Source: Candidatus Kerfeldbacteria bacterium (GTDB lineage: Bacteria > Patescibacteriota > Patescibacteriia > SBBC01 > CAIJZX01). Taken from it: a DNA stretch of 64,000 nt. The stretch is taken from contig JACPSJ010000001.1 in NCBI GenBank assembly GCA_016193315.1, forward strand, positions 535,478-599,477, in the 5' to 3' direction. Every line of letters begins with the position of its first letter. Positions within the stretch are counted from its first letter, which is position 1. Positions 19,128 through 27,752 of the stretch are shown here, piece after piece. The position numbers were made by a program, and so were the translations under genes. Below the pieces are notes generated by a model that had not been told where the DNA came from, ran no database searches, and saw only the letters and a list, made by a program, of their open reading frames with translations.

Positions 19128-20290
19128 GGGCGACTGTTGTCAACTTGAAATGTCAGGCGGTAGATCACCCCCGCCTTGTCGTCGGAAACATAGAGGGCCG
19201 GGCCATGAAATACTAAGTCCACCGGGCGTCCCAATGCTCCGTCCGGCGTCAACCAGCCAGTGGCAAAATCAGCAATTTGTTGCTGGTCGACGTCATACCG
19301 GACTAGCTTGTAGCCAGTGGGGGCGGTTCGGTTCCACGAACCGTGGTAGGCGATCAGCAAATCGCCAACCCAATCGGTGTGCCCAAACCCTGGTGGTACA
19401 AAAGCCAAACCGAGCGGCGCAGAATGGGCCGGGATGTCAACCCGTGACGGCCCGGCCGAGACACACCTGGCGGCCGCGGCGGCCGAGCCGTCAAACCGCC
19501 GATCGTGCACGTTCTGACCGTAACAGAAGGGCCAACCGTAAAACTTCCCAGCCTCGATGATATTGATTTCGTCGGGCGGCAGATCGTCGCCGAGGAAGTC
19601 GCGTCCCATGTCCGTGCCCCAGAGCTGGCCTTCGTGCCAGGTAAAAAAGACAGTGTTCCGCAGGCCGGAAGCAAAGAGCCTAAAGTCCGATCCATCGCGC
19701 TCCATGGTCCAAATTGCGGCTCGGTGGGGGTCGCTTTCTAAGCAGACGTTACAGGTAGACCCAATGGCGACGTACAGACGATGATCTGGGCCAAATCCGA
19801 TAGTCCGGCTAGTGTGGTTTCCGCCAACCGGCAAGTCGATGAGTTTTCGGGGTGGTACATTGCTGCCTATTTCGTATTTCCAAATCGCATTCTCCGCCGC
19901 CACATAGAGATCGTGCGGACGATCCCGATGAAAGGCTAAGCCGTGAGGTTTTGACAATCCTTGGATGACCGCCTGTCGGGCTGACTCGCGCCCATCCTGG
20001 AGCGTCAGTCTCGTGACCTGACCGAGCTTCGGCTGGCTTACCCACAACTGTCCGCCGGCGTCAAAGCGCAGGACCCGCGCGCCATCGAGGCCCTTGGCCA
20101 CGATATCAATCCGAAACCCAGCTGGCAGGGTGAGCGGCATGCCAGTGGTGTTAATGACTTTCGTAATGTCTTGCGGCGGCAGCTTGATCGATGGACCGAC
20201 TCCGCGAAAGTATCGCCAGTAGTAATAACCGCCGACGCCGGCCAAGATGAGAGTAACAACAACTGTAACGATGACTATCTTTTTTTTCAT
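19124..20290 (-). CDS. PQQ-dependent sugar dehydrogenase (soluble glucose/sorbosone dehydrogenase family), membrane-anchored
   Basis: 388 aa; N-terminal TM; beta-propeller SGL-family signatures (HGLAF..DG.LYV, WGTDMGRD, IEAGKFYGWP). Confidence 0.7.
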   Translation of the reverse strand: MKKKIVIVTVVVTLILAGVGGYYYWRYFRGVGPSIKLPPQDITKVINTTGMPLTLPAGFRIDIVAKGLDGARVLRFDAGGQLWVSQPKLGQVTRLTLQDGRESARQAVIQGLSKPHGLAFHRDRPHDLYVAAENAIWKYEIGSNVPPRKLIDLPVGGNHTSRTIGFGPDHRLYVAIGSTCNVCLESDPHRAAIWTMERDGSDFRLFASGLRNTVFFTWHEGQLWGTDMGRDFLGDDLPPDEINIIEAGKFYGWPFCYGQNVHDRRFDGSAAAAARCVSAGPSRVDIPAHSAPLGLAFVPPGFGHTDWVGDLLIAYHGSWNRTAPTGYKLVRYDVDQQQIADFATGWLTPDGALGRPVDLVFHGPALYVSDDKAGVIYRLTFQVDNSRP

Positions 20291-20421
20291 TTCTCTCAGT
20301 ATAGCACACTCCCCTGTTCTACCACCCCAGGAACAAGTAGTTTACAGCCGTTGAAAAAAATCGTGCCGCATGTTACAGTCAGCTCGATCTTCACTCTGCC
20401 CGGTGTTAGTAACGCAGTTGA

Positions 20422-20495
20422 GTGGGAAGTCGTCTAATGGTAGGACACCACCCTTTGGAGGTGGTTATGATGGTTCGAATCCATCCTTCCCAGCC
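20422..20495 (+). tRNA. tRNA-Gln (anticodon TTG), CCA encoded
   Basis: Hand-folded cloverleaf: acceptor TGGGAAG/CTTCCCA, anticodon loop CTTTGGA, T-arm GATGG-TTCGAAT-CCATC, 3' GCCA. Confidence 0.8.
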
Positions 20496-20574
20496 AATTG
20501 CGATACCGCTACGAACCCTACGGTCAGCCCGCTTCACGACCAGCAGTTAAAGTCGACTCGACCACCAAAGGAAT

Positions 20575-21147
20575 TCAAGGACCAGCTTTGGAAGGAAGCG
20601 GCGTGTTAGCCGATATTTTCCGACGGACAAGCAGCAGGAGAAAGAACCCCCCATTGAGTAATATTAAAGAAACAGGCACAAACCATGTCACGAACGAGAA
20701 AGTTTCTAAGGCGATCAGCCCGAATGCCCACTTGAGGGCCGCTAAGGCATACTGACTGGCAGTTTCTTCAAGGGGCTGGTAATAACCTTTCCGATACGTC
20801 GGTACGAACCCCAAAGCATCGGTAATAGTGATGAGGAGAACGGAGGCCGTTGGGTTATTTGATATCCTCCAAAGCGCCATCGCCACCAGCGCCGAGATCA
20901 ACGAAATCCAATCAATCCATACAAACTGACGATTTCCTTTAATCAACGCCAAGACAAAAATGAAAAAGCAAATTACGGTCGTGAGACCGGTTACCCATGA
21001 ACCCGCTCCGGCGCCGCCAACAAGCTGGATAACGAAGGCCATCCCAATGAGTAGCCCCCACACCAGCCACGAGAAAGCGTGAGGTTTGGTGGTACCTCGA
21101 ATTGTATTCCAAACATAAGGAGCATAGCTAACCAGGGTGATAAACAC
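20575..21147 (-). CDS. Polytopic membrane protein of unknown function (GTG start)
   Basis: 190 aa with about 6 hydrophobic helices; no recognisable family. Confidence 0.5.
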   Translation of the reverse strand: MFITLVSYAPYVWNTIRGTTKPHAFSWLVWGLLIGMAFVIQLVGGAGAGSWVTGLTTVICFFIFVLALIKGNRQFVWIDWISLISALVAMALWRISNNPTASVLLITITDALGFVPTYRKGYYQPLEETASQYALAALKWAFGLIALETFSFVTWFVPVSLILLNGGFFLLLLVRRKISANTPLPSKAGP

Positions 21148-21218
21148 ACCGATATAGCCTCATAGAATACGATAATCGTGCCTGAGCCCGCTATGCTGGA
21201 GATGCTAGCCTGGTCTCC

Positions 21219-22136
21219 TTACACCCGCAAATACCGCCCAATCGCAAACAGCGACGACAAGACCGATAGACCGCAGCCGACGACCACTTCCAGGCCGAGG
21301 ATCTGCCACAGGTGTTGCTGGACATAACCAAGGATGTTGACGTCGTAACCGGCGAAAAACTGACTGAAGAATGGGTTGGTGATAGTCAGAATGGGCACAA
21401 AAATAATCGTCGTGAAGAGGCTCGCCAGCAGCCCATAGAGGAGGCTGGTGACGACAAACGGACCGCGGACAAAGGCGTCTGATGCGCCGACCAGCTTCAT
21501 GATGCCGATTTCCTCGCGGTGGGCGTAAATCGTTACCCGGATGGCGTTAAAAACCATCAAGACCGCGATCAGGCCGAATAACAGCGTCAGCCACAACGAG
21601 GCGCCTTGGATGCGGCCGACAATCAGCGTCAACCGGTTAATAACCGTTTGATTCGTTTCAAATTCGCGACCAGTATCTTCAATGATCGTTTCGTACCGGT
21701 CGCTCTGGAGGAAGCGGGCGATGGCGTTGTAACCATCAAGTGTTTTGGCGGTGACGATCAGGCCAGCACCGAGCGGGTTTTCGCCGAGCGCTTCGATGGC
21801 AGCATTAATAAGGTTCGATTGTCCTTGCGACCGGCGGAGCAGTTCGAGTCGTTCGGCCCGACTGATCAGGTCTACCGATTCTACTTCCGGCCGGGCCAGT
21901 AGTTCCTGACGGACGGTCTCGACCCGGTCCTCCGAGGTGGTGGCCGTGAAGTAGACCGACAAATTCACTCGTTCCTTGACGGCCGTTAACGTCTGTTGCC
22001 CGACCACGTTCAGGCCGAGAACGACGCTCATCAGAAAGAGATTCAGGGTGACGATCAAGACAGTCACCAGCGATAACCAAATGTTCCGCCAGAAAGTCTG
22101 AACCCCGAAGACGATCATTCGACCGAGGGTGACCAT
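21219..22136 (-). CDS. ftsX: Cell-division ABC transporter permease FtsX
   Basis: 305 aa; N-terminal TM, large extracytoplasmic domain and 3 C-terminal TM; lies downstream of ftsE. Confidence 0.8.
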   Translation of the reverse strand: MVTLGRMIVFGVQTFWRNIWLSLVTVLIVTLNLFLMSVVLGLNVVGQQTLTAVKERVNLSVYFTATTSEDRVETVRQELLARPEVESVDLISRAERLELLRRSQGQSNLINAAIEALGENPLGAGLIVTAKTLDGYNAIARFLQSDRYETIIEDTGREFETNQTVINRLTLIVGRIQGASLWLTLLFGLIAVLMVFNAIRVTIYAHREEIGIMKLVGASDAFVRGPFVVTSLLYGLLASLFTTIIFVPILTITNPFFSQFFAGYDVNILGYVQQHLWQILGLEVVVGCGLSVLSSLFAIGRYLRV

Positions 22137-22216
22137 GCGGCTAGAGGACTAGTGAATTGACGCCCCGGAGCTGATGAGTCATGTGGCAGAGGTAACGGCG
22201 ACGAACAGACAACTGA

Positions 22217-22897
22217 TTAAAGGAGGTATTTGCCCGATCGCTGATCAGCAATGACGTGGCCGTGATCGAGGGTAATAACTCGCTTTCGCAGCATATTGAC
22301 GATTTCGCGGTTGTGGGTGACCAGGACCACGGTGGTGCCGAACTCGTTGATTTTTTTCAGCAGCGAGATGATTTCCTGGGCATTAATCGTGTCGAGGTTG
22401 CCGGTTGGTTCATCAGCCACCAATAATTTCGGTCGGTGAGCTAAGGCGCGGGCGATGACGACCCGCTGCTGCTCGCCGCCAGACACCTGATCCGGATAAC
22501 GATCTATCTTCTGCTCCAAACCAACGATCTTGAGCAGTTGCGGAACGACGGTCCGGATACTCCGCGTCGATTGACCAGCCACCTCGAGCGCAAAAGCGAC
22601 GTTCTCGAATAGGGATTTCTTCGGCAACAACTTGAAATCTTGAAAGACCACGCCGATTTGGCGCCGGAGGGTCGGCACTTCGTGGTGTTTGATATGCGTA
22701 ATGTCCCAGCCGCCGATGATGATCCGGCCTTTATCGACGCGCTCTTCGGCGATGATCAGTTTGGCCAGCGTCGTTTTGCCCGATCCGGACTGCCCGACGA
22801 CGGAAACAAACTCACCCGGTTCAATATGGATCGAGACGTCCTCCAGGCCGACGTTCTTCTTTTGATAGATTTTTGTAACGTGTTGAAAGGTGACCAC
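22217..22897 (-). CDS. ftsE: Cell-division ATP-binding protein FtsE
   Basis: Walker A GQSGSGKTT, ABC signature VSGGEQQRV and Walker B LLVADEPTGNLD. The start is taken at GTG at 22897 (VVTFQHVTKIY). An in-frame ATG at 22960 is the alternative. The track ORF extends to 23119, overlapping the upstream gene. Confidence 0.75.
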   Translation of the reverse strand: MVTFQHVTKIYQKKNVGLEDVSIHIEPGEFVSVVGQSGSGKTTLAKLIIAEERVDKGRIIIGGWDITHIKHHEVPTLRRQIGVVFQDFKLLPKKSLFENVAFALEVAGQSTRSIRTVVPQLLKIVGLEQKIDRYPDQVSGGEQQRVVIARALAHRPKLLVADEPTGNLDTINAQEIISLLKKINEFGTTVVLVTHNREIVNMLRKRVITLDHGHVIADQRSGKYLL

Positions 22898-22907
22898 GGT
22901 GGACTCG

Positions 22908-24518
22908 TCACGATTCCCAACGGTGGTTGCGAAAGGCCCAGTTGATAACGGCCGCCGCATCGACAAAGCGCTGACGGGAAGAAGCTGAACCCATGATCGC
23001 GACCACCACCTGGCTGCCAGTTGTTCGGTCGGCCGTCCGGATGACATAGGTGTACTTGGCCTCGTCGAGGTAACCGGTCTTGCCGCCGGTAAAAATGAGC
23101 TGACGGTCGACCAGCCCACGGCCGAGCAACCAGTCGGTAGTCGGAATGGTGTGACTAAGGCCGGTGTTCAAAGTTCGGAAGTGATACACTCGGCGGGTGG
23201 TGACATAGCGAATGGGCTCATATTCGTGAAAAACCTGGGCCGCCAAGCGGGCTACTTCCTCGGCGGTTGAGACATTCCCCGGATCAAGGCCAGTGACATC
23301 CACGAACCGGGTTAAGCTTAGACCCCAGGCTTGAGCCTTGTTATTCATCCGCTCGATGAACTGCTCGCGGCTGAGACCAGTGCTGCGCGCCAAAGCGGTG
23401 GCCGCGTTGTTGGCCGAACCAACGAGCATGGCGTAGAACAGATCGCGCAGCTGCATCGTTTCACCGGCGGAAACGCGCAGGTAGCCAAAGGGCGTATCGT
23501 CGGTCGCCTGATACGTAAACGTGGTCCGGAGAGATGGCTTGAGGTCAAGAAACACCGCCGCGGTCATCAGCTTGGTAATACTGGCGATTGGGACTTGATC
23601 GGCGGTCCGATGCCCAGCCAGGAGTTGGCCAGAGATCTGGTCAAAAACTGCGAACGGTCGCGCGGCGATGCTTGGAAATGGCAAGCCGTTATTACCCACG
23701 ACCTTCAGTGGCGGCATGACATCTGCTTTCGACCGGACCGAACTCGTCACCGCGCCGAGGACCTGGGCCGCTCGTGGCGGCCCCACATTCACTCGCGTCA
23801 CCCCCACGTTACTGGTGCCGAGTGCGGCGTAGGCGGACCATGAGAGATCGATAATCCGACCGACCGGTTGACCCCAGCGGGACACGACAGTCACGTCAGC
23901 GGTCCGTCCAGTTTCCAGGCTGCGGACCCGAACCACCGTCCCCAGCGGCCAATCGTTTGAGGCCGCGTGGAATCGCGGGTAACGGCTTGAACAAGCCAGT
24001 CGGCAGTACCAACTGGCCAGACCCTCCTGTTGCTGTCGATCTTCAAGGATGACGTAGAGACCACGAAGTACACGTGTCGTCGCTTGACCAAAGCGGTGGT
24101 CGCGATCGAGGCTGGTGGGGAGCGCGAACCACTGCTGCTGGTCAAGATCGTACACCCAGACTTGACGGATCCAGTAGCTGCTCCCAAACGGTATAGCCAC
24201 GGCCAGTGGTCGCGGCTGGTCGGCTGTGAAGTGCTCGACGCCGTGAATCGACAAAGAATAAACGGCTCCGAGCTGGGCTCGATGATCGGGCAACGACGGC
24301 AGTGGCCCTCTAAAGCGCGCCCAGGTGACATCGGCTGGCCGCGGCAACGTATTGGGGAAGATCCCGGCCCGCGCCCCGTTAGGCAAGGCCAACGTCTTAC
24401 CCCAGCGGATGAGCGACGGATCGAAATGTAGGGTTGTTGACTCGGCGGCCTCGACAACGCCACCAAAGCCGAGCAGCCAAACGCTTGTCAGGGTCAGGCC
24501 GATAAGGTATAGTGGCAA
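22908..24518 (-). CDS. Bitopic cell-wall protein: RlpA-like DPBB domain plus D-alanyl-D-alanine carboxypeptidase (peptidase S11) domain
   Basis: DPBB region ASWYCRL..FHAASNDWPLGTVVRVRSLETGRTADVTVVSRWGQPVGRIIDLSWSAYAALG; PBP motifs SITK (SxxK), SAN (SxN) and KTGY (KTG). Start proposed at TTG at 24518, with AGGAAA 5 nt upstream, giving the TM segment LPLYLIGLTLTSVWLLGFGGVV. The track ORF runs to 25088 only because it reads through tRNA-Gly and the repeats on the opposite strand. Confidence 0.65.
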   Translation of the reverse strand: MPLYLIGLTLTSVWLLGFGGVVEAAESTTLHFDPSLIRWGKTLALPNGARAGIFPNTLPRPADVTWARFRGPLPSLPDHRAQLGAVYSLSIHGVEHFTADQPRPLAVAIPFGSSYWIRQVWVYDLDQQQWFALPTSLDRDHRFGQATTRVLRGLYVILEDRQQQEGLASWYCRLACSSRYPRFHAASNDWPLGTVVRVRSLETGRTADVTVVSRWGQPVGRIIDLSWSAYAALGTSNVGVTRVNVGPPRAAQVLGAVTSSVRSKADVMPPLKVVGNNGLPFPSIAARPFAVFDQISGQLLAGHRTADQVPIASITKLMTAAVFLDLKPSLRTTFTYQATDDTPFGYLRVSAGETMQLRDLFYAMLVGSANNAATALARSTGLSREQFIERMNNKAQAWGLSLTRFVDVTGLDPGNVSTAEEVARLAAQVFHEYEPIRYVTTRRVYHFRTLNTGLSHTIPTTDWLLGRGLVDRQLIFTGGKTGYLDEAKYTYVIRTADRTTGSQVVVAIMGSASSRQRFVDAAAVINWAFRNHRWES

Positions 24519-24536
24519 GCGTTTCCTGATCAGCGG

Positions 24537-24610
24537 GCGGGTATGGTTTAGTGGTAAAACGTGACCTTCCCAAGGTCGAGTCGGGGGTTCGATTCCCCCT
24601 ACCCGCTCCA
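24537..24610 (+). tRNA. tRNA-Gly (anticodon CCC), CCA encoded
   Basis: Acceptor GCGGGTA/TACCCGC, anticodon loop TTCCCAA, T-arm GGGGG-TTCGATT-CCCCC, 3' TCCA. Confidence 0.8.
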
Positions 24611-24644
24611 AATCATTCCCTTCGCCCAGATGAAAAATTGTGGC

Positions 24645-25090
24645 CAACGTTTGTATACTCTGCTTTAAGAATCGAAGGGCAGGAGCGATCCCGCCGAATG
24701 GCGGGAGAGCGTCCGCCGAGCCGCCAGTGGCGGGTCGGCGCTGCCCAGGGACGATTCCCCCTACCCGCTCTGACAAAAACGCGCGAGTCTGATCGTCTGA
24801 AGCCGACGGTGTTTGTATTCGCTGCATAAGGAATCGAACGGGCCGAGCACTTCTGCCAGCGGCCGGAGAGCGCCGACCCAGGCCCGAGTCCCGCCTCGAG
24901 CGGGACGAGTGGTCGATTCCCCCTACCAGCTCCAAAGAGTTTTCACCGGCACGATGAAATGTCAAAACCATTTTTTGAATACCCGACGTTAGGAATCGAA
25001 CCGGGTGAACCCAAAGTGCCTGCCCAAGTGGTAGAGAATGCCGGCTGGTATTCGTCAGTAGTGGCTTGAACTTTGTTTTCGCGCTCATGG
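24645..25090 (+). repeat. Three tandem ~160-nt units, each starting TAAG(G)AATCGAAnGGG and (units 1-2) ending CGATTCCCCCTACCnGCTC (tRNA-Gly 3'-end-like)
   Basis: Direct comparison of 24645-24780, 24822-24934 and 24971-25090. Unit 2 ends TACCAGCTCCA. Unit 3 carries GGAATCGAACCGGG..GAACCCAAAGTGCCTGCC, which resembles the tmRNA 5' region. No protein-coding potential. Confidence 0.5.
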
Positions 25091-25111
25091 GCGTGTTTCA
25101 AGATACCACGC

Positions 25112-25939
25112 TCAGCGGTCCTTGACAAGGAGCGGCCCCACGAACTGGTCGATGCGTCGCCCGAGTTCGGCTCGGAGTCCGGGGTCGCGAACCGGACGGT
25201 GAGTACTGGCCGACAAGACCACCAGCTGGTGTGGCGAGTTAGTCATCCGCTCAGACAGCACGGTCGCGCTCTGGGTAGCTACGTACGGGTCACCTTTGGT
25301 GCTCACGATCAAGGTTGGCACACGAAGCCGTGGTAGGGCCGGCCAGACAAAGGTGGCGATGAACCACTCTGTTTCCAGCAGTCCACCAATTGGCCAGCGG
25401 TCGAGCGACCCAATCTCCCGCATCCGGCGCCGATCCTCTGTGGTCAGGTTTGGTTTGTGATAGTACGGGGTAAACAGCCGGAGCCACCGTAAGCCAAGCC
25501 GTCGGAACCAAACCGCGCCGCGATAGCGGACTGGCGTATTCACCGTCACCACAGCCAACAGCTGTGCTGGAGCGTGGATGGCGTAGTCAATCGCGAGTGA
25601 GCCGCCAAACGAGAAACCCAGCAGCACAATCTGACGGCAACGCTGTTTCAGTAGTCGGGCCGCGGCAAAGACCGAGGCCCGCCAATCGGCGCTGTCGGTA
25701 CCGGCCAAGGTAGTGGGACCGCGTCCATGCCCAGCCACGGTCAAGCCGAGTATACTGTACCCTCGAGCTCGAAGATCGTGGGCCAGTTCACGGTAATCGC
25801 CGATGCTACCGCCGTAGCCGTGGATAATGAGAATCCCGACCGGTCCGGCCGGGAGCCAGAACGGTCGCGCCCCAGCAGACAGCCCGGTTGACTGACGGGC
25901 GATCCATGCGCTAATCTTGTCGCTGGCAGCCGTGTTCAT
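25112..25939 (-). CDS. Alpha/beta hydrolase fold protein
   Basis: 275 aa; HGYGGS oxyanion region and the GFSFGG (GxSxG) nucleophile elbow. Confidence 0.7.
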   Translation of the reverse strand: MNTAASDKISAWIARQSTGLSAGARPFWLPAGPVGILIIHGYGGSIGDYRELAHDLRARGYSILGLTVAGHGRGPTTLAGTDSADWRASVFAAARLLKQRCRQIVLLGFSFGGSLAIDYAIHAPAQLLAVVTVNTPVRYRGAVWFRRLGLRWLRLFTPYYHKPNLTTEDRRRMREIGSLDRWPIGGLLETEWFIATFVWPALPRLRVPTLIVSTKGDPYVATQSATVLSERMTNSPHQLVVLSASTHRPVRDPGLRAELGRRIDQFVGPLLVKDR

Positions 25940-26086
25940 CGCCGTTGAAGCTTCCAGCCAACCTCAGTTGTCAGCTCCACAAGGTCCTCACCATGCTAGT
26001 CCACCGCCGTCAGCCAAACGCATTGCACGTTCGTCGACTGGCCACCCACCTTTAACCAAAACAAATACATTGGTAGACCCGCCCGC

Positions 26087-26273
26087 CCTGGCCTGAGCCC
26101 GCGTAGCTCAGTTGGTAGACCTGCCCGCCAAAGACCGAGCCCATGTAGCTCAACTGGTAGAGCAATCCCTTCGTAAGGGAAAGGTTGTCGGTTCGATTCC
26201 GACCATGGGCTTTTGGCGAGGGCAGGCGGGGCAATGCTTTCGTAAAGCAGAGGTCGTCGGTTCGATCCCGACC
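26087..26273 (+). other. Split tRNA-Thr(CGT)-like gene: 5' half (26087-26110) and 3' half (26221-26273) flank an inserted intact tRNA-Thr
   Basis: 5' half GCCCGCG-TAGCTCAGTTGGTAGAC. 3' half ATGCT-TTCGTAA-AGCAG / GTCGG-TTCGATC-CCGAC / CGCGGGC-T-CCA, whose acceptor strand is exactly complementary to the 5' half. The intervening 110 nt contain inverted repeats (CCTGCCCGCCAAA / TTTGGCGAGGGCAGG) around a complete tRNA-Thr. Confidence 0.45.
26129..26201 (+). tRNA. tRNA-Thr (anticodon CGT), no encoded CCA
   Basis: Acceptor GCCCATG/CATGGGC, D-arm GCTC-AACTGGTA-GAGC, anticodon loop TTCGTAA with CGT at 26162-26164, T-arm GTCGG-TTCGATT-CCGAC. Confidence 0.75.
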
Positions 26274-26327
26274 GCGGGCTCCAGACGAGAGCAGGCAGGA
26301 AGCAAGCCCAGCGGGTCATCAGTCGTT

Positions 26328-27299
26328 TCAAGAGTTCGTCACTCGTCCCGCCCCCCGGTCCCATTGTAAACCCCGCACCCAGACGAACACTCGACGCTCC
26401 TGGAGATAACGTGTAATTGCGGCATCGACTGACGGGGCGGCAATAAAAATCTGCGCCACCCGGACTTCTCGTTCGCCTTCGACTTGACGTTCTCCCAAAA
26501 CGCTGATGATATGCCAGCCAAATTTCGTATGGATCAGATCGCTGGTCTGGCCGACCGGCAAACTCCAGGCCGCATCGTCGATGGCTTCATCCTGCTCGCC
26601 ACGTTTGATAAAGCCGAGGTCACCCCCATTCGGCGCATAGGCGTCCTCGCTATAGGTTTTGGCCAGCTCGGAGAATGACTGCTGACCGGCTTGGACCAGG
26701 GCGAACACGCGTTCCGCTTGGCGGCGTGCGGTCTGATTGAGGCGGTCGTCGAATGACAGTTGCTGACGCAGCTTGTCGCGGGCCACGGCCAGCCGAACGA
26801 CGTGGGCTTTGTACTGGGCCAGCGTCCATCCGTATAGCTTGGCGATAGTCCGGGTGGTGAGTGCCCGATCGCCGGCTTGCAGGATTTGGGCGGTGAAAGC
26901 TTGGTCAACGTCAGAGGTCGAAACTGTTACCCCCCAGCGCTCGAGCAGGGCCAAGGTAGCGGCCTGACGGACGAGCTTATCCAGTGCCGCCTGATCGACG
27001 CGAGCCGCGCCGACACCCGCGGCGCCGTCGGTCGAGCTGGTCGGCACAGCTTGTCGGTAGTGCTCAATCGCCTGACGTTCTTCGAGGAAGGTGTGGATCG
27101 GGATAACCCGCCAGCCGACGGTGGCCGCTGGGAGGGGGGTGTACCGTGTCACGCCAATGGCCAGCTGATCATGCCAGTCAAGACCGTAGACACCCGTGGC
27201 CACCCCGGCCACCCCCAGCAGAATCACCACCACCAGACTGACCAGCACTCGACGCCAACGGTGGATCATGGCGGCTCTCATTTGATCGAGGAAGGTCAT
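26328..27299 (-). CDS. Membrane-anchored PpiC-type (parvulin) peptidyl-prolyl isomerase, PrsA/SurA-like
   Basis: 323 aa; N-terminal TM; C-terminal parvulin motifs (NGGDLGFIKRGE..., FGWHII). Confidence 0.65.
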   Translation of the reverse strand: MTFLDQMRAAMIHRWRRVLVSLVVVILLGVAGVATGVYGLDWHDQLAIGVTRYTPLPAATVGWRVIPIHTFLEERQAIEHYRQAVPTSSTDGAAGVGAARVDQAALDKLVRQAATLALLERWGVTVSTSDVDQAFTAQILQAGDRALTTRTIAKLYGWTLAQYKAHVVRLAVARDKLRQQLSFDDRLNQTARRQAERVFALVQAGQQSFSELAKTYSEDAYAPNGGDLGFIKRGEQDEAIDDAAWSLPVGQTSDLIHTKFGWHIISVLGERQVEGEREVRVAQIFIAAPSVDAAITRYLQERRVFVWVRGLQWDRGAGRVTNS

Positions 27300-27308
27300 G
27301 GATGTATT

Positions 27309-27752
27309 TTACGTTGAAGATGAAGAATTGGGAACGCTTGGCGACCGACCGAAGAAATACTGCCACCACAGCCTGGCGGTCGACACCGGCGAGCGGCTGC
27401 CCCTGGGGGTCGTCGGCAAGCCATTGGTCTTCTCAGCATCCACGTTAACCGTCCCCGGCGGAACGACAATCACCCGCTCACCAGACTTTCGTAAACCGAG
27501 CTTCAGCCGAGCCTCCCGCTCTTGGTACGTTTGGCTCCGAAGATAGGTGATCAGTTCCGCCAGCTGTTCTTGCCGACGCTCTTCGTCGGTCACTTGCTGG
27601 CGCAAGCGTTGGACTTGCTGTCGGACCTGATCAGAACGCGCCGATTCGCGAATGATCGCCACCGTGAAGAGCACCACCAGGCTGCCGCTGACCACGACCA
27701 TCCACCAACTGAGCGTCGGTCGGTCCGGAGGTTGCCACCGCGAGCGACGCAT
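27309..27752 (-). CDS. FtsB/DivIC-like septum formation initiator (TM plus coiled coil)
   Basis: 147 aa; single TM (WWMVVVSGSLVVLFTVAII) followed by a coiled coil (QVRQQVQRLRQQVTDEERRQEQLAELI). Confidence 0.5.
   Translation of the reverse strand: MRRSRWQPPDRPTLSWWMVVVSGSLVVLFTVAIIRESARSDQVRQQVQRLRQQVTDEERRQEQLAELITYLRSQTYQEREARLKLGLRKSGERVIVVPPGTVNVDAEKTNGLPTTPRGSRSPVSTARLWWQYFFGRSPSVPNSSSST

Noticed and set aside
24519-25088. N-terminal ~190 aa of the 726-aa track ORF 22908..25088
   Set aside because: This part is the antisense read-through of tRNA-Gly and the tandem tRNA-like units (its peptide even spells repeated ...GGIEPP/GGIDHS from T-loop sequence). The real protein begins near 24518 with a TM helix and a proper RBS.
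24971-25090. tmRNA (ssrA) call for unit 3 of the repeat array
   Set aside because: Only the D-analogue/PK1-like stretch matches. No complementary 5' acceptor strand, no recognisable tag-peptide reading frame (…AA-stop), and a standard-length tmRNA would run into the hydrolase gene. Kept as a hypothesis in the findings, not called as a feature.
25996-26409. ORFs of 60-122 aa on both strands across the tRNA-Thr locus
   Set aside because: They are translations of tRNA sequence (GSIPT..GSNRRP motifs come from T-loops); no coding signal.
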